Below are positions 45,074 through 56,221 of a DNA stretch of 64,000 nt, in pieces. The stretch covers positions 18,503 through 82,502 of the IMG/VR virus record IMGVR_UViG_3300012929_000018. One strand, written 5' to 3'. Below the pieces are notes generated by a model, which worked only from the letters and a program-made list of their open reading frames with translations, was not told where the DNA came from and made no database searches. The position numbers and the translations under genes are program-made. The first letter of the stretch is position 1. Every line of letters starts with the position of its first letter. This stretch comes from a virus.

Positions 45074-45898
45074 ATCGAGTGCTCGTCGGCAACTACGTGC
45101 TCGGTGCGGAGCGCGTCGAACTCTACGTGGACTACGAGCAGCAAGGCGCCAACCTATGCCTGTGTCCCGAGACTGGCTTTCCATGGATTAGTCTTGGCTT
45201 CGACTTCGCGGACGTTGAGGAGCTAGTCGACTGGCAGCACATCTATGCCAGCCTTATGCATGAGGTATTCGAGGCTGCAGCTATGCGCATGGGGCTGCGC
45301 CTGTCGGACACGCAGCAGGTATCAATGTCCACCAGCCGGTTCATCTTCCTGATGACACATGAGCAGTTCGAGGAATGCTCGACGCGCACAGCTTATTACA
45401 TGGCCGAGTGCGAGCCCGCGCTCAAACGACTTTTCATTCAGTGCAAAAAGAAACCAGTAAAAAGAAAGGCAATAATTGAAGCTCTTAAAATTAAGACAGA
45501 TCGAAAACGGTAAGGAGTTCTACGTGAACGCGGACGAGATTGCGTCCGTCAATCCGGTGTCCAAACTTACAGCCGAAGTAATCGTCGGCCAAGACAACAC
45601 CATCAACTACACCCTCATCACGTTGAAGAACGGAGTGAAGGTGAATGCTAAGGAATCGCCATACCAAATCGCGAACTCGGGAATCGCTGAGTTAGTCTTT
45701 CCTTATGGAGTGAAGGGCGACGGAGCATCCGGCCCGAAGGCGGACTACACGGCGAAGCATGGACATGGCACCCAGCCGTGGGCCCCTGACGCCAACCTCG
45801 AACGGTCCAGAGTTTGCTGTGCGACCGGGCCGGTAGAGGCTCCTGCAGCAAAGGACGCCCTCCTATCGGTATTGAACCCGGTTCAAGACAAGCCGTGA
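45043..45898 (+). other. Two hypothetical ORFs (45043-45513 with LMHE..E metal-binding-like motif; 45476-45898)
   Basis: Packed ORFs. Confidence 0.5.
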
Positions 45899-46485
45899 AC
45901 CCACAAGTAATTCCAACCGAGCCGGAGCTTGCCCATCTGGGCGGCTACGTGCCCGGCGGCGATGAGGCAACGTGGTATCCGGACCTGTGGCGGTATCTCG
46001 TTAAGAAACTTGACGTGCATACCGTGGTTGACGTGGGCTGTGGCGACGGCCAGGCCATCAAGTTCTTCCGCGATGAGTTAGGCTGCAAGGTATTAGGCCT
46101 CGACGGACTGCCGCAAGAGGACCCCGACATTGAAGTCTGGGACTTCGTGAAGGGTCCGCGGCGAGGCGTGCCTGTGCCCCGGTGTGATTTGATTTGGTGC
46201 TGCGAGTTCGTCGAGCACATTCCGGAGGAGCACATGAAGAACTTTCTTCGCGCGTTTCAAGCCGGAACGTATGTTGCGATGACGCACGCTGAGCCGGGGC
46301 AGCCGGGGCACCATCACGTGAACTGTAAGACGAGCCAGTATTGGATCGGGGCGCTAGCCGCGGCCGGATATGGCTTCGAAGACATACTCACTAAATGCGC
46401 ACGCATCGCTGCCTCAACCAATGAGAGTCCGTGGAACCACTTCAAGCGTTCCGGCCTCGTGTTCAAACGCCATGACGTGTCCTGA
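45895..46485 (+). CDS. Class I SAM-dependent methyltransferase
   Basis: HLGG, VVDVGCGDG, CDLIWCCEFVEHI, PGQPGHHHVN. Confidence 0.85.
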   Translation: MNPQVIPTEPELAHLGGYVPGGDEATWYPDLWRYLVKKLDVHTVVDVGCGDGQAIKFFRDELGCKVLGLDGLPQEDPDIEVWDFVKGPRRGVPVPRCDLIWCCEFVEHIPEEHMKNFLRAFQAGTYVAMTHAEPGQPGHHHVNCKTSQYWIGALAAAGYGFEDILTKCARIAASTNESPWNHFKRSGLVFKRHDVS

Positions 46486-46619
46486 GTGCGGCGGAACGTG
46501 GGTGTTTTACAACGAGGGTCACGACCCCGGTGATGCGCCGTGTTTAAGAAATCAAGTTCGGAAGCTTTGCAAACGGGTGAAAGAACTCGAAGAAAAGGTA
46601 GAGCAGATTCTACCTACGC

Positions 46620-47237
46620 TTAACTAGATGATTCATTCACACCACCACGAAGCTTCCAACAATTCGGATTCGGAGAGTAATCCAAGTCGCCCGTCCCTGC
46701 TCGAAGTGTTTCTATTGGGATATGCACTTGAGTTTTGTTCTCGCAACCGCATACTCCGCAGTTTTGCAGCCCTGCATCTTGCGAAGTGCTGCGCTGCAAT
46801 ATGGTCGCACGAAAAGCGTCGACGGTTGCGCGGCACACGCCGCAGCCGTGCATGCCCACGTTCAGTGGACACTGAGCACAGATTGACGCGCGCCTCTCTG
46901 CTTCCGCCTGAGACACAAGCTGTCCTCCGGAGGCAATGAAAGCGCCTGTCGTCTTGAGAAACGATTCAACCTGCCGCCAGCTAATGCTTGTAACCAACCG
47001 GGCCCCAGTGTCGCAGTAATTCATGCGATCCTCAGTGCTCATATTTTCGCACATCTGCGCCTCAACCTCACTGGCTAAGCCCTCATCAAACGGAAGGTTA
47101 TTATTGTTCCGATGCTGCGCGACCTTGTTGACGAGGGACTGCCACGTAATCCCGGTCATCGTATGATTCGTTTCCTTCTGCGTGTAACGCCACCCGCCGG
47201 GCGGCCCAACAGTTAAGTCTCTTATATGATTAGCCAT
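46620..47237 (-). CDS. Cys-rich hypothetical protein at the end of the virion operon
   Basis: PPGGWRY, RRASICAQCPLN, CGVCGC. Confidence 0.75.
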   Translation of the reverse strand: MANHIRDLTVGPPGGWRYTQKETNHTMTGITWQSLVNKVAQHRNNNNLPFDEGLASEVEAQMCENMSTEDRMNYCDTGARLVTSISWRQVESFLKTTGAFIASGGQLVSQAEAERRASICAQCPLNVGMHGCGVCRATVDAFRATILQRSTSQDAGLQNCGVCGCENKTQVHIPIETLRAGTGDLDYSPNPNCWKLRGGVNESSS

Positions 47238-47327
47238 TTATGAACCACAATGTTTGTTTGCCCATCCAAATCGTTAGCGTCGTGACACCAATCTACATCG
47301 TTTTCTGCGCTGTGAAAGCATTGTTTC

Positions 47328-50300
47328 TTATTGGAAGTCCGACAGCTTCGGCTTCTTCGCATTCTTATGCAGCAGTTTCACCAACGCCGAATCGGATACT
47401 TTCATCTGGCTCAGCGTCGAGCGCAGCAAGTTCGCATTTGTTTTATGATCTGCCTGCGCTTCGTTGTAAACCTTTCTTTGATCTGCGGTCAACGCATGCA
47501 AGAACAGCTTCTCCGTATCGGCCTTGCCCGAGAACTTCTCCGGCGCAATCCCACCGTGGGTAATACCCACAGCCTTCTTGATCTGCTCCTCGGTCGCACC
47601 GCGGGCGGCTAGCAGTTCAATCTCCGATTTGACTGCACTGGTGTTGCGGTTGTCGAGGGCTGATCGCAGGTCACGATAGACCGGCGGGCTGTTGTCACCA
47701 TAGCTCTTGTCATCACGGAAGCGATGGGCCAGCGCGAACATCTCACCACGCGGCGTCTGCGACGCATTCAGTTTGAAGCCCGCGGATTGAAACAAAGTCT
47801 TTTCCCACGCCGCCGGTTGCCGGGTGACGCGAAAGCCGAGCAACTGTCGGGGGTCACGCTCGACGGCTGCGCCTGCCAGTGGTGGCAACGGGATGAGGGA
47901 TTCCAAAGCAGCCTTCGCCCGGTCGGTGCTATTGGCAAACCGCTTGCCGGAGTAGTCGCGGTTGAGCAGAGTGTTGACTGCGCCATGCGCCACGGGGTTC
48001 AGCTTATTAAAGAGGATGCGCTGCGCAATGTCGAGCGGTTCCATGTGCTGCGAGCGATAGCGGTATGCCATGAAGGCGTATTCAGAACCAATCTCAAGTG
48101 GGTTGAACTCGAACTCGCCGCGCCCACCGATCTGTGGGATGTGCAGCGCGAACCAATCGCCCTTCTTATTTTGGAAAGTAGAGTGCCCGTTCATGGCGAG
48201 GCTCATCACCTGCATGGCGACGAACGTGCCGAGAACGGCCGTGATCTGCCCCTGCGCCACGACGCCGAGCCGCGCCTTGCCTTGGAGCAAGTCGATCGGT
48301 GCCCTGAGAAGCTGCCCGTAGCCGCGGAACTCTTGGGTTAGCTGACTCTCGGCCCACTGTGGCGCGAGCAATAAGGACCGCAGCATGTTCTGAGTCTGAG
48401 GATTCTTGAACACGGATTGCAGTTGAAGGTTACCGAAAATTTCATTGGTCTCTTTGGCGGTGCGCCGAAGGATTTCGTCACGGCTGAGTTCGCCGAAGCG
48501 CGATTGATTGCGTTCCAGGTTCGCGAGTGCCGTCTGTAGCATGGCCCCGCGGCTCAGTTTTTTGAACACCCACGAGTTGAACCCATTCAGGTAGGGCGCG
48601 AGATATTTCGTCAGTTCCGCGTCCATGTTGTCAGAAATCTTGGCGACGTTGAGGCCGCTACGGATGAGCGACTGCGCATTCTCGTAGTGCGTCAGCGCGT
48701 AGTCATGCTGCTCTTTGCTAATGTCGCCTAGCGCGAGCGCCTTAGCCAAGTCCGGCTTGGAGTATTCGAGGATCGACAGACCTTTGCCGTAGCCGAAGCG
48801 AGCCGCGCCCTTTGAGAACGCCGCTTCCTTGAACATGATTCGGCCCACGTGGAAGGTATCGAGAACCAAAGTGTTTCGCTTCATGAATCCCGCCCACTTG
48901 TTGAGGGCGTTGCGCTGGCTGTCGCCGTAGATCGCCTTGAACAGAGGCACGTAGTCCTCGTGCACGACGAGCGGCGCGCCACTCGGCACGTTCACCAGAC
49001 GGTAGCCTTTCGGCACAGCCTTTTCCTCACCGTGATAAAGCGTTGTGCGAGTGTCCATGGTGTCGATGATGGGTTTGCCATCCGGCGCCAACACTGACCG
49101 CAATGATTCGTGGTAAATTTTTTGCTGAATCAAACGCTCGCCTGCCTCGATGCGGTGTGCATCCAGTTCGGCAATATCGAGAGTCTTGGGTGTGAACCCG
49201 GCCGCGATTGCATCGGACAAAGTTTCAAACGAACGAGCTTTAGTGAAGTAACGAAGTCCGCCCTTGCCGTCCGGCACAGCAAACATATCGTTCTCGCTCA
49301 CATCAGGGCTCTTCAAAATTCGCGTCACGTAGTCTTCCAAAAGCGGAGTGTCAATACCGTAGGTGTGTTCGCGGTCGGCAATGTCTTTCATCGCCTGCGT
49401 GTGTGCCTCTTTACCTACGAGCTTATCGAAATTTTCAATGGCGTGGTCATAGAGGGGCAGGTATTTCTTGCCAGACTCTGCACCGTTGGCGATCTGATCG
49501 CGGCCAATCTCGAGCCGTTGCAGGTCTTTGCCATGGTCGATGATGAGAGTTGAGGCAGAACGATCCTGCATGACTTCCTTGCCTGGTTTTGCCACGCTGC
49601 CGTAATCCTGCGCCACACGATTTGAACCTTGTTCCGCTAGGATTCGAGGAATGTTGTTTGCCGAGTTCGCTCCGGCCACCACGATTTCCTTGCCGCTGTC
49701 TTTGAGTCGCGCCACGTTGCCGGTGATTGGGTTCTTAACTTGGAATCGCTCGACTAGCGTTGGCTCTTGCAGCCTCGCTGAGATAGTCAGTTGATCCTTG
49801 AGGGCGCTCTTAGTTGCGGGTGACGAACCTGTGTCGTCGTCGATCTGTTTGCTGAGTGCCTCGACCTGCGCCTTGTTCGGAACGCCTTCGATTGAGATGT
49901 TGCGCTTGCCGCCAACGCGTTGTGCATATTTGATCTTGGCCTGCTCATCTTCCTCGGGGGCTGGCTCAGTTGCGGTGCCGCGCGGCTCGGAGAATCCTAG
50001 CGCGTCAGCGCCGCCTTGAAGATGTGCGGGACGATACAACTCCTTGAGGGAGTTCCGAGGATCGCCGGTCTCGCGATCGTGAATTAGAGTGCGTCCGTTA
50101 TCCTGCGCATGGTTCATCAGCAGCTTCTCACCGGCGGTGTTACCACGCTTACCGGTGAAGTAGGTGTTCGTGTTGTCGTGCAGCACACGCAGGAAGCCGC
50201 GGGCCTCTAAGAAATCTTTAACGTCACCTTCGGACATATCCAAGACAGAGCCGTAGCCTTTGTCCTTAGCTGCCTGATCGAAGGCGGAAGCGAGTTCAGG

Positions 50301-53300
50301 TTTGGACTGAATGTATTCCCACGCGGCGCTGCCGTGGCTGCCGTGTCCGCCGAACACCAATGGGTTGACGCCAGCGGTCAGACCTTGGTGAAAACGTTCG
50401 TCGATGGGCAGGAACTTTCCTTCCGGCGTGACCCAGCCGTTGCCTTCAACATGATTCAAAAGATTGAGCACCGGCTTCCGTGCCTCGCCGGTCAACTGCG
50501 GTTCTTCTGCTGGCGGCTCTTCGTCGCCCGCGATTTCCGCATTCAACTCCTCTTGAGTCATGCCGGTTTTGCTTTCATCGGCCTGACGTGCGTTGACTTC
50601 GGCCAGCTTGGCCCGGCCTTCGGCGGTGAATGTCTCGGGTGCTGAGGCCAGACCGATACGTTTGAAGTCGGCGGTGATTTCCTCACGGCGCTTCTCGTAT
50701 TCCTTCATCACATCGAAGCCCTTGCCTTGGCGCTTAGCTTCTGCTTGAGCTTCGGCGTATGCTTGCTTGTTGATCTTGCTGCGCTCAGCGCGGTTGAGTC
50801 CTTGCTTATCCTTGATCTTATTCAGATCCGGCTTGTATTCCTTACCTTTGTTGGCCTCGTCGAAAAGCTTTTGCATTTCCTTCTTAGCTTCCTCGGCCCC
50901 TTGGAATTTAATATTCTCCTGCCGGGCGCGCTCCACCACAATTTCACGCACCGTTTGTTGCGCCTTACCTTCTTTGATTAGAGTGAACATGTTATCGAGA
51001 GCTGCGCGCAGTGGCGAGGTAGAAGTGATTTCCTTTCCGCCTAACAGAGTCATGATTGCGCTTTTGACTTTGTCTAGGATGTGCTCGAACTTCGACTTAC
51101 CAAGTGCTTCTCCTTTTTGCCATCCAACAGTAGCATCCTCAAGTCGAACTGGTTCTGAGTGCTCGAGATTATTCAGGAAGTTTTGGAACTCAGGATTGGT
51201 CAACGCCTCGGTAACAAATTCGTGAAGGTTGGATAAGCCGTAGTATAGTCGGCCAAGATTATCTGGATGCTCGTAGCGTCCGTATTGAGCGTCTTGAAAA
51301 TCTGCCAACTCTTTTGCAGACTCAGGTAGCCGACCTTTAGCCCGTTCAAAAATGATATTTGAAATGTTGTCGTGCAGCTTACTCAACACATCATAAGCTC
51401 GTTGTTCAGCCGGATTGCGCTTGGCATCCGGCTCTAGTTTAGCGTCCAAGATTCCGTGGACTAGTTCATGCATGAAGGTAGTTTTGATTCCACCAAGATG
51501 CCGACCGCCCGCGAGATTAAACTCCATCGTGTCGGATGTGTGCCAGTATCGACCGCCGTAACGCTCGTTCGGGTTAGACACAATCTTAATACGAATGTGG
51601 GATAGATCGAAGCCGGAGCTTTGAATTAGCTTGGCAACCTCACGCATGAAAGCTGGGGTTTTAGGATCGGCGATAACGTGATCAAGCGTGTCATTGAGAC
51701 TGATCCGCGTTCTTCCCTCGTGTTGTATAAGACCCATATCGTCGGCTTCATCCGTCTGCTCTTTTACGATCTTTGCGTCAACTCTACCTGAAAGTTTTCT
51801 GAGAAATTGCTCCGTTTCCTCTATCACACCAATCTCAGTCTTAGGCCCTTCTTCGGGAGCTGAATCATACTGAATAGCATCATCCGGTATACCGCGATCT
51901 TCCGACTCCTGTCGAACGGCTTCGTTGATTGCTTCGAGTTTGTCACCCACTGCGATGTGCGCGTGAGCCTTGCCGAATGCATCCTGCTCTTGGCGAAGCT
52001 GCGTATAGGAACGCTGCTGCTCCCCAGCCCTGACGCCCTGACTCCCTAAAGCTTCTTCATGAGATAATTGCACCCGGCCCAGCGAGGTATCAACGTCACC
52101 GACGTAGTATTGCTTGGCTTCGGGGTCCCATTTCATATGGTCGCTGATCGCGGGGTTGACCTTCTCGTCATCGAGTAGCGCGTCGGGAATGTAAAGTCGG
52201 TTGCCTGCGTCATTGCTGAATAGACCTTGGTCTTTCTGCTGCGCAGTTATGTCGGGATCGTTAGTGAACTGCGGGCGAGTGCGAGTAACACCGTCGGCGT
52301 CCTTCGTCTCGATCATCGGCAGTTCTTCCTTCGTGTAATCGTGCTCGATGTTCGTAACCTTCGAGCCTTCGGGAACGGCTTCCGGCGGGTATGCGCGTTC
52401 CAGTTCCTTCTGCAAATTGGCGCGCAAGTCCTGAGCGGACGTAATATCCATGGCCGGATGCGCTTCTTGAATCTCGTCGAGGCTCGGCACCACGCCACGT
52501 TTGATCGTGTCGCCGGTGATCTGGGCCTTGGCTTCCGCCATACCTGGGGCTTCGGCGCGCGCTTCTTTGCGCTTGGCGGATGCAGCCTGTTGCTCGGCGC
52601 GGTGGGCAGCCTTGTTCGCTGCGCTGCGCTCGGCGCGGGTCGCACCTTCGCCAGCCTTGGGAATTTCCGGCGCGGGTTTGGACCTAGCCGCTTTCAGCAA
52701 TTCAGCGCGGCGCGCGTTGTATGCCGCCGTAACATCAAAATCTTTTCCCCGGCCTGACTTGCGCTTCATGTCCTGTGCGTCGGCGTATGCTTGCTTATTC
52801 AGCGCGCTCATCTCTGGCGTCTCTAACTTACGCTCAGTCACAGAACCGCGAGGTTCAGTGCCAGCAAACTTGTCGCGCAGTTCGATGCGTCGTTCCAGAA
52901 GATCGTGGAGCGAGGCGTTAGTCGGAACTTCAAAGGTAGCGCCGTGTGACGGAGAACGTGGGTCAATCTCGGTGAACTGTTCGCCAACCATTCCACGGCC
53001 ATCGTAGGTCAGGTCTTTCAGGTTGCCGTTGTTGATTGCCTCAACTGCTTCCTTGGCCACCGGAGTCTTGGGTTGAGGATTGCGTTCGGCGATACGTGCC
53101 TTGTGCTGCTCGTTCTGAGCTTCACGGGCGGCGACTTCATCCGGCGCAACTTCGGTGGCAGACGCGCGAGGTTCTTGCGGAACCGGCGACTCCTTGATCG
53201 TAACGTCGTTAGCTTTCAGTTTCTCACGGACTCCGGCCAATGCTTCGGCGGGAGTCATCGTGCTCGATTTGCGAAATTGTAAATCTCTGATGAGCGGGTG

Positions 53301-55292
53301 ATCGCTCGCTATTGTGTTTTGTTTGAAAGCTTCGTAGACCGCGCCCACATCCCTGCCTGCTTTGAGTGAGGAAATTAAAGATTTGATCGCGCCCTGTTCA
53401 CGCTCGTTAGGTCGGTTGTCTGTGGTCTCGGTGACCTTTCTGCTTGAAGCGCCGCGTGTAAAGATTCCATCTTGGCCCTTAGTATAGGTTACGCCTTTGA
53501 TGACTTTGGTTTCAGCAGGCTTCTCCACGCTAGTAACGTGGCTTGGGCCGAACTTCAACTCTAACTTGGCGTCAGGCTCGACTGCCGACTTGGGAGCAAA
53601 TGCTTTTTCTTTCTCGGCGATTGCTTCGTCGAGTTGGCGGTGAAATTCATTAGCTTCCGCGGAGTCCTTCGGATAGCTTGCGTCGACTTCTTTCTTGGCC
53701 GCCTGCAAATCTGCAACCTCAGCACCGGCTGGGATTTCAATCTTCGGTGTGCGATCGCCGCTGGTATCCGTTTCAAATCCCAAAGTCACTTCCTTGGCAG
53801 CAGCGGGGGCTTCGACTTTCTTGCCGCCCTTAGTTTCAATCGTGACCTTGCCGGTTTTCATCTGAGTCGTGCCTTCTGGCAACGGCTGGTTGGCTTGATC
53901 CTGCATCACCTTGGCGACTTCGGGCGAGTCCGCGGCTTGCGCTTGATCGGCGGCCGCTTGTGCAACATCTTTGCTCACCTGCGCTTTGGCTTGTGCCTTG
54001 TCGGGTTCGGAAACCTTAACACCCAATGTAGGTTTGCCCGCCTCACTCGCCGAGTGCATAGAAGCGTAAACTAAATTGAAAGCCTCGGTGGACGGGTCAG
54101 TCGCTTCGGTGAAAGCGCCTACAGCCTTAGCAACCTTCTCACCGGCGGGTGCGGTAGCCGCAGCTTCGACGGCTTTGTTGATTCGAGAACTGGTTTCGTT
54201 AGCCGTAGCACCGCCCATGAAATGCGAGAGATACTTAGTCATCACGGTCGCGCCTTGAGGCAGCAACTTAGCAACACCTAACGCAGCGAGCTTGGACATT
54301 CCGCCGAACACAGCCATACCCAAAGCAGAACGCACAGCAGTTTGCTCGGCTTCTTTATCCGACAAACCAGCGGCCTTTGCATCGGCCTCGGCTGCAGCGC
54401 CAGCGTGAAGAATGACTAATGGAAGTGCGACGATACCTTCGGCGGCCATTGCCGTGCCTGAGCCAGCACCGCGAGCCATTGTCGCAGGGATTGTTTCAGT
54501 CAAGCCGGGATCGACAGCAGATTCTTTCGGCGCCGTTTTCACACGGTTAGCCCAGTAATCGGCGGCATCCTTCGCCATGCTTGGACCGGAAACTCCTGTG
54601 ACGCCCATAGCGGCGTTGGCTTCCTTGCCCATCTGATCGAGGATGTTCGCCCCGCCCGACAAGCCTTTGAAAATAAATTGCCCTGCATCCGTGCCGAACT
54701 CTCGCATGGCATTGAGGGTCTGGTGACCGACACCGTAATCAACCTCGGGAGTTTTGTCGAGGTAATAAGCGTGAGCAATATCAGGGCCTAAGGGCTGCAG
54801 TTTCGCACGCACGTCTGCCTTCGAAAGTTTAGTCGAGTCACCGACAGCAGCGTCAGCGATCTTCACGCGAGCTTGGTCGGGTGTGATTCCACCAGCGGCG
54901 GCACTCAATTCGTTTTGTCGAAGGGCCGCGCCCTTATTGAAAGCGTCTTTGACCGTGCCCCAATCTGGGTGGTCCTGCAACATATTGTAGGTCGAGTCGT
55001 GCCAGCGCGAGAACGCAACAAGCTGTTTCTCAGGGGTCGCAGCTTTATATTCAGGAGTCGCGGTCACATCGTTCCATGTCGGATGATCTTCGGCTGGGGC
55101 CTCGGCAGCCTGCGGGGCGGGCGGAACTGAGACCTGAGTGATTGATGGCGGCGGCGCTGCATTCGCATTCACCGGCGCGGCGGGCGGCTGCGGCTGTTGC
55201 GGCGGGGCGTCAACGCGAGCGTTGACCTGACTTTGAAGGGTATCGAGCCCCTGCTCTAACTCAGCAGTGCGCTCAGTAATCGGATCGGCCAT
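47328..55292 (-). CDS. Giant (~2650 aa) internal virion/ejection polyvalent protein with a zincin-like metallopeptidase domain
   Basis: Size and position at the end of the virion operon. FMHELVH...HEFVTEALTNPEFQ.FL metallopeptidase pattern; Ala/Gly-rich N-terminal region. Confidence 0.75.
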   Translation of the reverse strand: MADPITERTAELEQGLDTLQSQVNARVDAPPQQPQPPAAPVNANAAPPPSITQVSVPPAPQAAEAPAEDHPTWNDVTATPEYKAATPEKQLVAFSRWHDSTYNMLQDHPDWGTVKDAFNKGAALRQNELSAAAGGITPDQARVKIADAAVGDSTKLSKADVRAKLQPLGPDIAHAYYLDKTPEVDYGVGHQTLNAMREFGTDAGQFIFKGLSGGANILDQMGKEANAAMGVTGVSGPSMAKDAADYWANRVKTAPKESAVDPGLTETIPATMARGAGSGTAMAAEGIVALPLVILHAGAAAEADAKAAGLSDKEAEQTAVRSALGMAVFGGMSKLAALGVAKLLPQGATVMTKYLSHFMGGATANETSSRINKAVEAAATAPAGEKVAKAVGAFTEATDPSTEAFNLVYASMHSASEAGKPTLGVKVSEPDKAQAKAQVSKDVAQAAADQAQAADSPEVAKVMQDQANQPLPEGTTQMKTGKVTIETKGGKKVEAPAAAKEVTLGFETDTSGDRTPKIEIPAGAEVADLQAAKKEVDASYPKDSAEANEFHRQLDEAIAEKEKAFAPKSAVEPDAKLELKFGPSHVTSVEKPAETKVIKGVTYTKGQDGIFTRGASSRKVTETTDNRPNEREQGAIKSLISSLKAGRDVGAVYEAFKQNTIASDHPLIRDLQFRKSSTMTPAEALAGVREKLKANDVTIKESPVPQEPRASATEVAPDEVAAREAQNEQHKARIAERNPQPKTPVAKEAVEAINNGNLKDLTYDGRGMVGEQFTEIDPRSPSHGATFEVPTNASLHDLLERRIELRDKFAGTEPRGSVTERKLETPEMSALNKQAYADAQDMKRKSGRGKDFDVTAAYNARRAELLKAARSKPAPEIPKAGEGATRAERSAANKAAHRAEQQAASAKRKEARAEAPGMAEAKAQITGDTIKRGVVPSLDEIQEAHPAMDITSAQDLRANLQKELERAYPPEAVPEGSKVTNIEHDYTKEELPMIETKDADGVTRTRPQFTNDPDITAQQKDQGLFSNDAGNRLYIPDALLDDEKVNPAISDHMKWDPEAKQYYVGDVDTSLGRVQLSHEEALGSQGVRAGEQQRSYTQLRQEQDAFGKAHAHIAVGDKLEAINEAVRQESEDRGIPDDAIQYDSAPEEGPKTEIGVIEETEQFLRKLSGRVDAKIVKEQTDEADDMGLIQHEGRTRISLNDTLDHVIADPKTPAFMREVAKLIQSSGFDLSHIRIKIVSNPNERYGGRYWHTSDTMEFNLAGGRHLGGIKTTFMHELVHGILDAKLEPDAKRNPAEQRAYDVLSKLHDNISNIIFERAKGRLPESAKELADFQDAQYGRYEHPDNLGRLYYGLSNLHEFVTEALTNPEFQNFLNNLEHSEPVRLEDATVGWQKGEALGKSKFEHILDKVKSAIMTLLGGKEITSTSPLRAALDNMFTLIKEGKAQQTVREIVVERARQENIKFQGAEEAKKEMQKLFDEANKGKEYKPDLNKIKDKQGLNRAERSKINKQAYAEAQAEAKRQGKGFDVMKEYEKRREEITADFKRIGLASAPETFTAEGRAKLAEVNARQADESKTGMTQEELNAEIAGDEEPPAEEPQLTGEARKPVLNLLNHVEGNGWVTPEGKFLPIDERFHQGLTAGVNPLVFGGHGSHGSAAWEYIQSKPELASAFDQAAKDKGYGSVLDMSEGDVKDFLEARGFLRVLHDNTNTYFTGKRGNTAGEKLLMNHAQDNGRTLIHDRETGDPRNSLKELYRPAHLQGGADALGFSEPRGTATEPAPEEDEQAKIKYAQRVGGKRNISIEGVPNKAQVEALSKQIDDDTGSSPATKSALKDQLTISARLQEPTLVERFQVKNPITGNVARLKDSGKEIVVAGANSANNIPRILAEQGSNRVAQDYGSVAKPGKEVMQDRSASTLIIDHGKDLQRLEIGRDQIANGAESGKKYLPLYDHAIENFDKLVGKEAHTQAMKDIADREHTYGIDTPLLEDYVTRILKSPDVSENDMFAVPDGKGGLRYFTKARSFETLSDAIAAGFTPKTLDIAELDAHRIEAGERLIQQKIYHESLRSVLAPDGKPIIDTMDTRTTLYHGEEKAVPKGYRLVNVPSGAPLVVHEDYVPLFKAIYGDSQRNALNKWAGFMKRNTLVLDTFHVGRIMFKEAAFSKGAARFGYGKGLSILEYSKPDLAKALALGDISKEQHDYALTHYENAQSLIRSGLNVAKISDNMDAELTKYLAPYLNGFNSWVFKKLSRGAMLQTALANLERNQSRFGELSRDEILRRTAKETNEIFGNLQLQSVFKNPQTQNMLRSLLLAPQWAESQLTQEFRGYGQLLRAPIDLLQGKARLGVVAQGQITAVLGTFVAMQVMSLAMNGHSTFQNKKGDWFALHIPQIGGRGEFEFNPLEIGSEYAFMAYRYRSQHMEPLDIAQRILFNKLNPVAHGAVNTLLNRDYSGKRFANSTDRAKAALESLIPLPPLAGAAVERDPRQLLGFRVTRQPAAWEKTLFQSAGFKLNASQTPRGEMFALAHRFRDDKSYGDNSPPVYRDLRSALDNRNTSAVKSEIELLAARGATEEQIKKAVGITHGGIAPEKFSGKADTEKLFLHALTADQRKVYNEAQADHKTNANLLRSTLSQMKVSDSALVKLLHKNAKKPKLSDFQ

Positions 55293-55293
55293 G

Positions 55294-56220
55294 TTAAGGG
55301 ACAAAGGATGCGGCGGGCTTCAATGCAGGTGCGGCGGAAACTGCAGGTGTTCCGCCTTTGCCGGGAACTGTGCCGCGCGCGATATTAACTCGGGCGGTTC
55401 GTAAAGCTTGTTTCATCAAAGCAACATCAGGATCGTTAGGATCCAAATCGGGGTCGGCGAGTGCGGCTTTCATTTCCGCGGCGGTCTTGTGAGCAGCAGT
55501 CATCTCAGCGGTCTCGGCCTTGTTGCCATAACCGGCGGCTTTCTTGGCCGCGGACTGTTGCGTAACGTAATCCAGATTGTAAACGACATTACCAGTTCGA
55601 GGGTTTCGTTGAAGATATTTGGGCATGGCGCTTTTACCGTCCCATACAGGAAAGTCCTCGTTGGTTAGAGAACCGTCGGCGATACCGGCAGCGATAACCT
55701 TCGACGCTTTTTCTTGATAGGCTTCTTCCTGCTTCGCATTCGCCTCGGTGAGCGCCAAGTGTTTTGCATTCGCGTTGAGCTTCATGTTCAGCGAATGAAT
55801 CACACTCGGGTCGGAGGCGGCGCCTGGATTCTTGGCGAGGATCGCGGCGGCCTTGTCTTGCATCTGAGGATCGTCGATTGCCACGTGCGCGAAATCGGTA
55901 TGGAAAGCACCCGCGTCCGCCGCAACGTTGGCTTGGTGGAGCGCGTCGTGAAAGTATTTGGCGGTCTCCGCATAGTTCTTGGCGTCGTTGAGCGCCGTGT
56001 TGTGGGCGTGCATGGCATTGCGATAATCCTGCACTTGACCGCGATCCGTGAATCCACCGTCAGGGCGCGTCGGCATCTCAGGGATTGGGCCGGGAGCGTT
56101 CGCCGTGACGTTTTCGTAATTGGCGGTAGCGGCCGCAATCGCCGCTCGCGGGTCACCGGGAGCATATTGCTGCACATCCTGAAACTTGTTGGGGTCGTTA
56201 CCTGTGAAATCGGTTGGCAT
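55294..56220 (-). CDS. Putative ejection/internal virion protein
   Basis: Ala-rich helical ORF directly upstream of the giant protein. Confidence 0.6.
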   Translation of the reverse strand: MPTDFTGNDPNKFQDVQQYAPGDPRAAIAAATANYENVTANAPGPIPEMPTRPDGGFTDRGQVQDYRNAMHAHNTALNDAKNYAETAKYFHDALHQANVAADAGAFHTDFAHVAIDDPQMQDKAAAILAKNPGAASDPSVIHSLNMKLNANAKHLALTEANAKQEEAYQEKASKVIAAGIADGSLTNEDFPVWDGKSAMPKYLQRNPRTGNVVYNLDYVTQQSAAKKAAGYGNKAETAEMTAAHKTAAEMKAALADPDLDPNDPDVALMKQALRTARVNIARGTVPGKGGTPAVSAAPALKPAASFVP

Positions 56221-56221
56221 A

